From positions 1-24,295 of the IMG/VR virus record IMGVR_UViG_3300048029_000271: a DNA stretch of 24,295 nt; one strand, written 5' to 3'. Origin of the DNA: a virus (lineage: Duplodnaviria > Caudoviricetes). The notes under the pieces were generated by a model. The model did not search any database and was not told the DNA's origin. It worked only from the letters and a program-made list of their open reading frames with translations. Positions 17,274 through 24,295 of this stretch are shown here, one piece after another (the stretch's first letter is position 1; every line of letters starts with the position of its first letter). Both the position numbers and the translations under genes were made by a program.

Positions 17274-17708
17274 TTATTCGTCAAATCCAGAACCTTTAAT
17301 CAGACCAGGGAATGCCTCTCTGGCAAGACCTTCAGTAAGATACTTTGCAGGTTGTTCTTTGTTTATCATTTTAACAACAATCTCTGCATCTTCCGCATGA
17401 ATAGATTCTAGCAACTGTACAAATTTTCGTTCTATCTTGAATTGAGGTACACCTTGAGTTCTTCTACCACGTACAAAATCACCGAATTGTCTATGCAATC
17501 TTCTCAATGAAGATGGCACACTTTCTGGTCGATTTGGTGTATATGGTGGTTTGCCTGCAGGTAACATAAACTCTAGAGTACTATCGTAACAACCTCGAAC
17601 AACATCTTTTAATGCTGGTATAGAGTTGTCTTGTAAGAATTTTACTCTTTCGTTCTTGCTTTTAATGTTTTCAAAACGTTCTAGAATTTCGTATAGTTCT
17701 AATTCCAT
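17274..17708 (-). CDS. Conserved T4-like hypothetical protein
   Basis: 144 aa, LPAGKPPY...FVQLLESIHAEDAEIV...AFPGL; AGGA SD. Confidence 0.7.
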   Translation of the reverse strand: MELELYEILERFENIKSKNERVKFLQDNSIPALKDVVRGCYDSTLEFMLPAGKPPYTPNRPESVPSSLRRLHRQFGDFVRGRRTQGVPQFKIERKFVQLLESIHAEDAEIVVKMINKEQPAKYLTEGLAREAFPGLIKGSGFDE

Positions 17709-17733
17709 AATTATTTCCTATAAAGTTATATAT

Positions 17734-17760
17734 AAAAATCACTCCCTTTACGGGAGTAAT
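17734..17760 (-). terminator. Intrinsic terminator ending the early block
   Basis: ATTACTCCC-GTAAA-GGGAGTGAT followed by TTTT, then TATATATA (17727-17734, possible late promoter variant). Confidence 0.7.
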
Positions 17761-17783
17761 TTCACCAAAGTTAAACTATTTAG

Positions 17784-18071
17784 TTAACTTTTAAAAGCAT
17801 CTAAAAGAATGCTTTTTTTTGTTTCTGTAACACCAGGCATGTCATTAATATATTGACCATCACTATCAAAACATTCTTCATCAAACTTAGTTTGAATAAA
17901 ATCTGCCTGTTGTTCAACATAGTCTACAAAAGATTCATATGGTTTTTCACCATGTGCTTTTCTTTCGTAACAATTCTCTGCATACAGTTTACGTGCAAAT
18001 ACATCTAACTCAGATAAGTATTCTTCTGAGTGATTACCAGACCAATATGGTTCGCTTCTAATATTACTCAT
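17784..18071 (-). CDS. Hypothetical early protein
   Basis: 95 aa ORF, ATGA overlap with the upstream gene. Confidence 0.65.
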   Translation of the reverse strand: MSNIRSEPYWSGNHSEEYLSELDVFARKLYAENCYERKAHGEKPYESFVDYVEQQADFIQTKFDEECFDSDGQYINDMPGVTETKKSILLDAFKS

Positions 18072-18382
18072 GATGCAATAGTATAATTTGAATCAGAAAT
18101 AATTGTTTTACCATATTCATCTTGAAACTTGAGTTTCTCAATGAAATAGTTTTCAAATAAACCTTCATCTTCTTGAAGGTCACCATTTAATTGCATTCTT
18201 TTTTCTAAAGACTCATATGCCTCAGATTCGTAACTTTTGAAGTCTTCATAAGATATAACTTCACCTTCACGAACATTATAATAATGCGATAATAATTGAC
18301 ACTCTTTACTGTTAAGTGCAATCGTTACAGGATAACCAGTCGCTATATGCTCTAGTTCTACGTAATTTTTTAACTCTGTCAT
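18068..18382 (-). CDS. Hypothetical acidic early protein
   Basis: 104 aa, GAGAGG SD, directly behind a consensus promoter. Confidence 0.7.
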   Translation of the reverse strand: MTELKNYVELEHIATGYPVTIALNSKECQLLSHYYNVREGEVISYEDFKSYESEAYESLEKRMQLNGDLQEDEGLFENYFIEKLKFQDEYGKTIISDSNYTIAS

Positions 18383-18553
18383 TTATACCTCTCTATTAGT
18401 TAAGTTATTATTATACTTGGTTTTGCAAGAATTGTCAAGTGTTTTAAAGAACTCGTCTAATTCTTTTTGTTCTTTTTCGGTGGGTTTAAAGTGTGGGTTT
18501 AAGAAGTACTCTTCTAGAAGAGTACCTCTTTTATAACCTCCGGTGCCTCGCAT
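18383..18553 (-). CDS. Small hypothetical early protein (56 aa)
   Basis: Hand-translated MRGTGGYKRGTLLEEYFLNPHFKPTEKEQKELDEFFKTLDNSCKTKYNNNLTNREV; GAGG SD and TAATG coupling. Confidence 0.55.
   Translation of the reverse strand: MRGTGGYKRGTLLEEYFLNPHFKPTEKEQKELDEFFKTLDNSCKTKYNNNLTNREV
18410..18438 (-). promoter_or_regulatory. Perfect sigma70 early promoter TTGACA-N17-TATAAT
   Basis: -35 at 18433-18438, -10 at 18410-18415. Confidence 0.88.
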
Positions 18554-18729
18554 TAGGCAACCTCGTCAACTAAAATTAATTTTCTTTTGCCAATTTTTAT
18601 GTAACCTTTTTCTCTATCTACATAAACATCTTTGTATTTTGTAAAATCTCTAACTTTGTACTGTGTATTTTTCATTAAAGTATCGTACACGTCATCTAAG
18701 AAATTTTTATCTGCTTGTTGCATTGCCAT
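18553..18729 (-). CDS. Small hypothetical early protein (58 aa)
   Basis: Hand-translated MAMQQADKNFLDDVYDTLMKNTQYKVRDFTKYKDVYVDREKGYIKIGKRKLILVDEVA; GAGG SD, TAATG overlaps at both ends. Confidence 0.7.
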   Translation of the reverse strand: MAMQQADKNFLDDVYDTLMKNTQYKVRDFTKYKDVYVDREKGYIKIGKRKLILVDEVA

Positions 18730-19046
18730 TATGCAACCTCTTTAACTGATTCTAAGTAATCAGCATTATCAAGTGCATTCAAAACAATCTGTTTCTTTGC
18801 TTCTTCTACTGAAAAGACAGAAAAGAACCTTCTGACTTTTTCAGTCTCGCCCTTCTCATTTTCAACTTCTTTCATAAAGAATAAAGTTGCAAACTTCTTA
18901 AGACCTTTTAAGTCTTTACCAGAACACTTTAAATATTTAATTAACTGTTTAAAAGTCGCAAACTCTTGACCTTCATCAGCACCATTTAACATAAGAGTAT
19001 CAAAGTTAGAACCTGTATACTCTTTTTTACTTATTGCATTAATCAT
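18729..19046 (-). CDS. ArdC-like N-terminal ssDNA-binding domain protein
   Basis: NAISKKEYTGSNFDTL...FATFKQ...FSVF matches the ArdC-N pattern N..(t/s)...Y.G.N...L...T(f/y)kQ...f.VF. Confidence 0.55.
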   Translation of the reverse strand: MINAISKKEYTGSNFDTLMLNGADEGQEFATFKQLIKYLKCSGKDLKGLKKFATLFFMKEVENEKGETEKVRRFFSVFSVEEAKKQIVLNALDNADYLESVKEVA

Positions 19047-19075
19047 TTTTACCTCTCTAATTAATTTATGTTGTT

Positions 19076-19104
19076 ATTATAACAAGTGAATCAAGTATTG
19101 TCAA
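19076..19104 (-). promoter_or_regulatory. Perfect sigma70 early promoter TTGACA-N17-TATAAT (extended -10, A-tract upstream)
   Basis: -35 at 19099-19104, -10 at 19076-19081; overlaps the last codons of the upstream gene. Confidence 0.88.
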
Positions 19105-20329
19105 GTCTTTTTTTCACATTTTTTATATGTCCACGTAATTGTTCCATATTAATCTTAGTATCATAAGAAAATAAATTTAAATCTATAGGTTCTGGACAAG
19201 AATTGACTAATTCATCTAAATGAATTGTATCTATTCTACCTTTTAATATGTATTGACTATCAACTATTTCTAGTATATCGTCCATACTACGTTTTTCAGA
19301 CCACATAGAGTTGTTTACAGAAACATGACCAGTAGATGATACATCTATCTCATAAAAATCGTCTGGAGCGACTCCTAGAGAGTCTGGTATGCATTCAGAA
19401 TTACCATCAATATAATTAACTAACAATGGAATTGCGGTGTCCACACTACCATAATGCGAAATGAATTCTATATTATATCTTTTACACATGTCTACATGTT
19501 TTTTTGTCATGGTAAATCCACACATGACTAGTACTGTGCTTTTTTCTAGACCACCATTTTTATCAAAGAATTCAACAAACCAATCTAACATTTTTTCGTT
19601 TGGTATCATTACGTGATTAAAATCAACCAAATGAAGATTTGCGCCTTGCCACTCAGTAAATTCTGCTAGTGTAAACGACCTGTGTTTTTTGACTATCATA
19701 AGTGACGGCAAAAGTGTACACAACATTGCACTAACATGGTGCATATTTTTACTGTGTAGTATTTTAGTATCAGGTTTTAATTTAAAAATATCAATATTTC
19801 TTTTTGCTATTGCATATATTTCTTTGTGTGTAAACTCAATTTTACGAGAAGGTTTAGTAGAACCAGATGTAGAACTAATTAAAAATATATCATCTTCTGA
19901 TACCTGATTAATATAGTCCATACCTTTTGGTACTTTTAATTTGAGTTCTCTTGCATCAATTAGTTCTTTACTATATTCACGAATCATCTTGCCATGTAGG
20001 CCACCATAAAGGTTATCACCTTTAAAATTATCGTGAATCAGATAATCTACTGGACCATGAAGTGCGATTTTTGTGTAAGGTAAAGATTCTTCTGTTGCAG
20101 GTGCATCAATCAAAAATATTTTTAGACCTAACTCGGCACATGCAATAATAGATGTTAAATGTAAATGATTTACATCTAGAATGCCAATAGCAACTGTTTC
20201 TCCTTTACGAACATTGTAGTTCTCTTTGAGTAACATTTTCCATTGTCTTATTTCATAAACAAGTTCTGCTTTTGATTTATTATCATCAAAATCTATTTCA
20301 TCATTAATAATGTCACGACTAATTATCAT
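19091..20329 (-). CDS. AMP-binding (ANL superfamily) adenylate-forming enzyme-like protein, short C-terminus
   Basis: SSTSGSTKPSRKIEFTH (A3 loop), SHYGSVD (A5-like), MDD...ILKGR (A7/A8-like), VRKGETVAI. Confidence 0.75.
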   Translation of the reverse strand: MIISRDIINDEIDFDDNKSKAELVYEIRQWKMLLKENYNVRKGETVAIGILDVNHLHLTSIIACAELGLKIFLIDAPATEESLPYTKIALHGPVDYLIHDNFKGDNLYGGLHGKMIREYSKELIDARELKLKVPKGMDYINQVSEDDIFLISSTSGSTKPSRKIEFTHKEIYAIAKRNIDIFKLKPDTKILHSKNMHHVSAMLCTLLPSLMIVKKHRSFTLAEFTEWQGANLHLVDFNHVMIPNEKMLDWFVEFFDKNGGLEKSTVLVMCGFTMTKKHVDMCKRYNIEFISHYGSVDTAIPLLVNYIDGNSECIPDSLGVAPDDFYEIDVSSTGHVSVNNSMWSEKRSMDDILEIVDSQYILKGRIDTIHLDELVNSCPEPIDLNLFSYDTKINMEQLRGHIKNVKKRLDNT

Positions 20330-21336
20330 TATCCAACAAACTTACCTGTTTCTATGTCAACACCAGCATCATCTACTACTCTAGTTTTAGAACTAATTTC
20401 TTGTTTACCAACATTATATAAAACTTCATGTGTAAAAGGTTCTGTAAGTTTACTTTTAAAAAACTCAAGTGATTCTGGGTCAGGAAATAGTATTCTTTCT
20501 ATTTCATGCTCACGAACTGCCTTGACTGCATAATCTGTAACATATTCGTAAATGAATACTTCTTCGGGGCGTTCAGTATGGTCCATCAAAGTGACATCGA
20601 ATATTTCTTCACAATTCATTAATGCTGGTAAAAAATAATAATCAATACATCTATTGTGATGAATTGTTCTAGACATCGCACACTTTTTATAAGGAAACGA
20701 GTATTGTTTTGCAGACTCGATAATTTCTTTATGAGTAAAGTAATCTGGGTGCCACCATTCATTAGATTCTTTGATATTCATAACAGGGTCAATTGACATA
20801 ATAGCACCATTATTTTCATCTACTTCCCATGGTTGAATCGGTGTACCAGGATATGGTGCAACATCGTCCATTAACATAACGTTGTTAGTACCATCCATGT
20901 TTTTCCAATGAGAATATAAGTTTACTACCTCAGCATAAAGACCATCTTTTAAATCCATACGAGTTAATCCACCTGAATTATTTGGGTCTAATGGTCTATT
21001 TAAATCATGCACACAAAACTCTCGATAACCAGTAAAGTTTTTACTTAATACATCTACTAAATGTTTTACACCATCAAGCATATGTTTTGCATCTTCTCTT
21101 GTTTTTAATATTCTATCTGAACACGTAATTACTTGTATGCCAAGTTCCCATGCCGCAAACAAGGCCGCATAGTAATCGTTTGGACAATTTAACGTTGTGA
21201 CACTAATACTATCATGTTGTTTTACACCTTTATCAAGAAACATGTGTTTGAATTTGTTAATTCTGTGACACATTTTTTCATATGTCATGCCATTTATGAT
21301 AATATTAGGATTTATTAGTTCTCTTGAAATAATCAT
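20329..21336 (-). CDS. Degenerate ANL/AMP-binding-like paralogue
   Basis: GVKQHDSISV...ALFAAWELG; shares MIISR..IN, ELG, FTHKEI..AK and S...HH with the neighbour but has no TSGST loop. Confidence 0.55.
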   Translation of the reverse strand: MIISRELINPNIIINGMTYEKMCHRINKFKHMFLDKGVKQHDSISVTTLNCPNDYYAALFAAWELGIQVITCSDRILKTREDAKHMLDGVKHLVDVLSKNFTGYREFCVHDLNRPLDPNNSGGLTRMDLKDGLYAEVVNLYSHWKNMDGTNNVMLMDDVAPYPGTPIQPWEVDENNGAIMSIDPVMNIKESNEWWHPDYFTHKEIIESAKQYSFPYKKCAMSRTIHHNRCIDYYFLPALMNCEEIFDVTLMDHTERPEEVFIYEYVTDYAVKAVREHEIERILFPDPESLEFFKSKLTEPFTHEVLYNVGKQEISSKTRVVDDAGVDIETGKFVG

Positions 21337-21745
21337 TCTTCATCTCCTTTATAAATTTAGAATGTATCTTACAACCAATAAACTCATTGAAGTAATCATT
21401 TCTTAGTAGAACATCATTTTCAAATTGAAGTTTTGCTTCGTAATAAGAACACTCACCTTTTGTTCGACATAATTGTAGTATTTTTCTATCAAATTGAAAT
21501 CCTTGTTCTGCAAGTTGTTTAACTTCTGCAGAAGAACCATAGTATGTTTGCCAGTCTGATTGAACTCTGGTTATGATTTTACGTTTTCTTGATTTATTTT
21601 TAGGTAGAACTTTCTTTTTCCAAAAGAATTTCTTACCGATATATTTCATACCAGTTTCAAGTTCTGTTACTTCGTAGACAAAACCTTGGTAGTTTTCAAG
21701 GTCTTCTTCACTCATATTAAATGGTTCATCATTATAATACCACAT
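21305..21745 (-). CDS. GIY-YIG nuclease-family protein (free-standing, Seg-like)
   Basis: GFVYEVT...KYIGKK, YYGSS, YYEAKLQ, YFN. Start moved to MWYY (21745) because the track's extension overlaps a Zn-ribbon gene. Confidence 0.75.
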   Translation of the reverse strand: MWYYNDEPFNMSEEDLENYQGFVYEVTELETGMKYIGKKFFWKKKVLPKNKSRKRKIITRVQSDWQTYYGSSAEVKQLAEQGFQFDRKILQLCRTKGECSYYEAKLQFENDVLLRNDYFNEFIGCKIHSKFIKEMKNDYFKRTNKS

Positions 21746-21759
21746 AATGATATATAGAC

Positions 21760-21897
21760 TTAATTTAACAGTTCTGTTACAATAGCATCTGCTCCACACA
21801 TTGGACAGTAAATTGGTTCTTCATCTTCACCGTCTTCGACTATAATATGTGTATCTACGCCACACACATCGCATCTTACTTCGTATTCTTTTTCCAT
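21760..21897 (-). CDS. Small Zn-ribbon / rubredoxin-like protein (45 aa)
   Basis: Hand-translated MEKEYEVRCDVCGVDTHIIVEDGEDEEPIYCPMCGADAIVTELLN, two CxxCG knuckles. Confidence 0.8.
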   Translation of the reverse strand: MEKEYEVRCDVCGVDTHIIVEDGEDEEPIYCPMCGADAIVTELLN

Positions 21898-21910
21898 AGA
21901 ATCTAACAAA

Positions 21911-22933
21911 TTAACAACCTACGTTTGCTATTGCTTCATCTAGTTTATCTTCAATACGTTCTAATGTTTGTGGTGTATCAACTTCTTCCCAACCCCAATC
22001 GCCTTCAAGACCATTGACAGAATACTCTGTGACTCTTTTTTCAAAAAAGTTATCATGTGATGCACCATTGAGTACCCAATCTAACCATGGTAGTGGATTG
22101 TCTTTTGCATTAAAGTTTGGTTTCATGCCAAGTTGTAATAGTCTTCTGTCTGCAATATGTCTGATATATTGTTTGACATCTTCTTTTTTAAGACCTTCTA
22201 TTTCGTGGTCGTTGTATGCAAGGTCAATAAATTTATCTTCTAACTTAACTACATCTTTTGCAATCTTGTAGATTTTAGACTTAAGTTCATCTGTGACAAT
22301 ACGTGTGTGTTCACCACAAAAATCTCTAAACAGTTTTGCATTACCTTGGACGTGTAGAGTTTCGTCACGAATAGACCACTCGACAATTGTCCCCATACCT
22401 TTCATCTTACCAAATCTTTGAAAGTTTAATAACATTACAAAAGATGCAAAGACTGATAGTCCTTCGTTAAATACTGATTGTGCTAGTGCTAATGCTAAAC
22501 CTGTGTGACTTGAAATATCACCATCTTTCATAAAGTCAATCTTATCTGCCATTTCTTTGTATTCTAAAAATGCACTAAAGTCTTCATCTGGTAAACCAAG
22601 AGTATCATTTAATAATGCATATGCACGTTGGTGTACACCTTCTCTGTTTGCAAAAGACGATAACATATTTCTTACTTCATTATTCTTGAACTTAGGTATT
22701 AGTAGTTCATGGTAGTTTTCGCCCACTTGAACATCGCTTTGAGTAAATAGTCTTAGTACTTGAGTAATAAACAATTTTTCGTCTTCGTTCAGTTTAGTTC
22801 GCCAATCTTGCACGTCTTCTGAGAGTTCTGCTTCGTCTTCTATCCAATGTATCTCTTCATGTTTTTTAGTTAGTTCAACTGCCCATGGGTAGATGAATGG
22901 TTTGTATGTTTTTGAAAACTCTAGTAATGCCAT
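21911..22933 (-). CDS. nrdB: Class I ribonucleotide reductase beta subunit
   Basis: FTQSDVQV, REGVHQRAY (radical Tyr), NEG..F..F, RDETLH, NFFEKRVTEY. Confidence 0.97.
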   Translation of the reverse strand: MALLEFSKTYKPFIYPWAVELTKKHEEIHWIEDEAELSEDVQDWRTKLNEDEKLFITQVLRLFTQSDVQVGENYHELLIPKFKNNEVRNMLSSFANREGVHQRAYALLNDTLGLPDEDFSAFLEYKEMADKIDFMKDGDISSHTGLALALAQSVFNEGLSVFASFVMLLNFQRFGKMKGMGTIVEWSIRDETLHVQGNAKLFRDFCGEHTRIVTDELKSKIYKIAKDVVKLEDKFIDLAYNDHEIEGLKKEDVKQYIRHIADRRLLQLGMKPNFNAKDNPLPWLDWVLNGASHDNFFEKRVTEYSVNGLEGDWGWEEVDTPQTLERIEDKLDEAIANVGC

Positions 22934-22935
22934 AA

Positions 22936-23034
22936 TTATTCCTGATTGTGTCTTTTGTCTTGTTGTTGTTTAATTATTTTTTTTAGTTCTTTTCTGGTTA
23001 TCCTTGCAGTTTGTTGTTGCATTGGTTGTGCCAT
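22936..23034 (-). CDS. Putative 32-aa micro-ORF between nrdA and nrdB
   Basis: MAQPMQQQTARITRKELKKIIKQQQDKRHNQE; fills the spacer and has AGGGA upstream. Confidence 0.4.
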   Translation of the reverse strand: MAQPMQQQTARITRKELKKIIKQQQDKRHNQE

Positions 23035-23040
23035 ATATCC

Positions 23041-24294
23041 CTATCCTTCACATGCTTTACAATCCTCTGATTCTTCTGCTTGTGCCTTGTTAAATATTTC
23101 CATAAGGTCATCGTAACCACCCACATATTCACCATGTAAATATATTTGTGGGACAGTTTTAACACCCTTACGACCCGTGACTTCTCTCGCAGTTTTACCA
23201 ATCTCTTCAAGATTAATTTCATCATATGGTATACCGCGAAGTTTAAGTTCTTCTTTTGCAAGTTGACAAAAAGGACAATTGGGTTTTGTATACACAATTG
23301 TACTTGTATCACTTTGGAGTGCGACTCTCTCTACTTTCTCAGAAACATTCTCAGCACGAGATTTTGCTTCTGTTCGCAAATAGTATAATCCTTTCAGACC
23401 TGAACTCCATGCACGTAAATGTACTTTGTTCACGTATGATTTATCTGCTCCAGCAGGAAAGAATAAATTGACAGACTGGCCTTGACATATATAAGGTTGT
23501 CTATCTCCTGCATGTTGAACTACCCAGTTTTGGTCTAATTCATCAGCAGTTTTATATATACTTTTTTCACCTTCTGTGAGAAACGAAAGATGCTGGACAG
23601 ACCCCTTATTAGTGATGATAGAACTCCAAATGCTATCATTATTCATTTCTTTTGTTTCAAGCAGTTCTTCTAGATATTTGTTCTTTACAAGAAAACTACC
23701 AGCACGAGTTCTGTGTGTATATGCATTTGCTTTCAGTGGTTCTATTGAAGGACTTGTTCCAAGAATAACACCACTAGATGCATTTGGGGCAATCGCAAGT
23801 AAGTGAGAGTTTCTTTTACCACTCTTTGGTCCATCTAAATATGCACCACGTTCTTCTGCAAGTAATTCTGTTTCTGCATGTGCTTCATTATGAATGAAAC
23901 TAAAAACTTGCTCGTTAATTTCTTTTGCTAACTCAGATTCCCATGCAACACCGTGCTTATGTAGGAGAGAGTGAAATCCCATCGCACCAAGACCCAAACT
24001 TCTTTCTCTCATAGCAGAATATTTTGCACGTGCAATCGTGTCAGGTGCATTCTGTATGAAGTACTCCAGCACATTATCTAACATTCGTATTAAATCTCTT
24101 ACAATTGTAGTGTCTTTCCATTCATCGTAATATTCTAAATTTAATGATGATAAACAACAGACTGCAGTTCGTTCAGCACTTGTTGGTAAATGTATTTCAT
24201 TACATAGATTACTACCATGTATTTTAAGTCCTGCTTCTTTGAGTGGTTCTGGTAGACTATTGTTTGCAGTATCAATAAAGTTTAAATATGGTTC
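23041..24294 (-). CDS. nrdA: Class I ribonucleotide reductase alpha subunit with internal glutaredoxin domain (partial, 5' end off window)
   Basis: Frame open to the window edge: EPYLNFID...GSNLCNEI...AVCCLSSLN; LGLGAMG, AIAPNASS, SIEP, QGQSVN, KGLYYLR; Grx CPFC...TVPQI...VGGYDDL; terminal CKAC. Confidence 0.97.
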   Translation of the reverse strand, partial: EPYLNFIDTANNSLPEPLKEAGLKIHGSNLCNEIHLPTSAERTAVCCLSSLNLEYYDEWKDTTIVRDLIRMLDNVLEYFIQNAPDTIARAKYSAMRERSLGLGAMGFHSLLHKHGVAWESELAKEINEQVFSFIHNEAHAETELLAEERGAYLDGPKSGKRNSHLLAIAPNASSGVILGTSPSIEPLKANAYTHRTRAGSFLVKNKYLEELLETKEMNNDSIWSSIITNKGSVQHLSFLTEGEKSIYKTADELDQNWVVQHAGDRQPYICQGQSVNLFFPAGADKSYVNKVHLRAWSSGLKGLYYLRTEAKSRAENVSEKVERVALQSDTSTIVYTKPNCPFCQLAKEELKLRGIPYDEINLEEIGKTAREVTGRKGVKTVPQIYLHGEYVGGYDDLMEIFNKAQAEESEDCKACEG

Positions 24295-24295
24295 A

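Noticed and set aside
22998-23312. 104-aa alternative-frame ORF over the nrdA 3' end, suggesting a frameshift or separate grx gene
   Set aside because: The Grx motifs and terminal CxxC are in the nrdA frame itself; the alternative frame has no motifs.
1706-23806. All plus-strand ORFs in the track (60-85 aa)
   Set aside because: Each lies antisense to a well-supported minus-strand gene and has no motif or clear SD; treated as shadow ORFs.
21305-24295. Group I intron or intein in the nrd genes associated with the GIY-YIG gene
   Set aside because: nrdB and the visible part of nrdA are continuous, and the nuclease gene is free-standing.
1-24295. tRNA, CRISPR array, IS elements or stop-codon recoding
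   Set aside because: Intergenic gaps are short and explained by promoters, terminators or small ORFs; no repeat-spacer periodicity or cloverleaf was seen, and genes are full length in the standard code.

Overview
AT-rich, gene-dense fragment with essentially every real gene on the minus strand and many stop/start overlaps. It is most consistent with a T4-like aquatic myovirus infecting a heterotrophic proteobacterium (inference from nrdA/nrdB, phoH, a HAD nucleotidase, an M15 peptidase, a TATAAATA late promoter and perfect sigma70 early promoters). In transcription order (right to left): class I ribonucleotide reductase (nrdA with an internal glutaredoxin domain, nrdB), a Zn-ribbon gene and a GIY-YIG gene; a tandem pair of truncated AMP-binding (ANL)-like genes; an early block of small genes including an ArdC-like one; a 54-codon ORF enclosed by a long-range RNA duplex that covers its own Shine-Dalgarno; cupin, phoH, cytidylyltransferase and peptidase; then a ~13 kb accessory block. 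That block holds a carbamoyltransferase, a radical SAM enzyme, glycosyltransferase-like, sulfotransferase-like and methyltransferase genes and a 2OG-Fe(II) oxygenase. Embedded in it are a TctA/TctC transporter pair lacking TctB, an alternative oxidase (AOX, not PTOX) and a membrane-anchored c553-type cytochrome c. No tRNA, rRNA, CRISPR array or IS element was seen. All family calls come from motif recognition by eye, not database searches.
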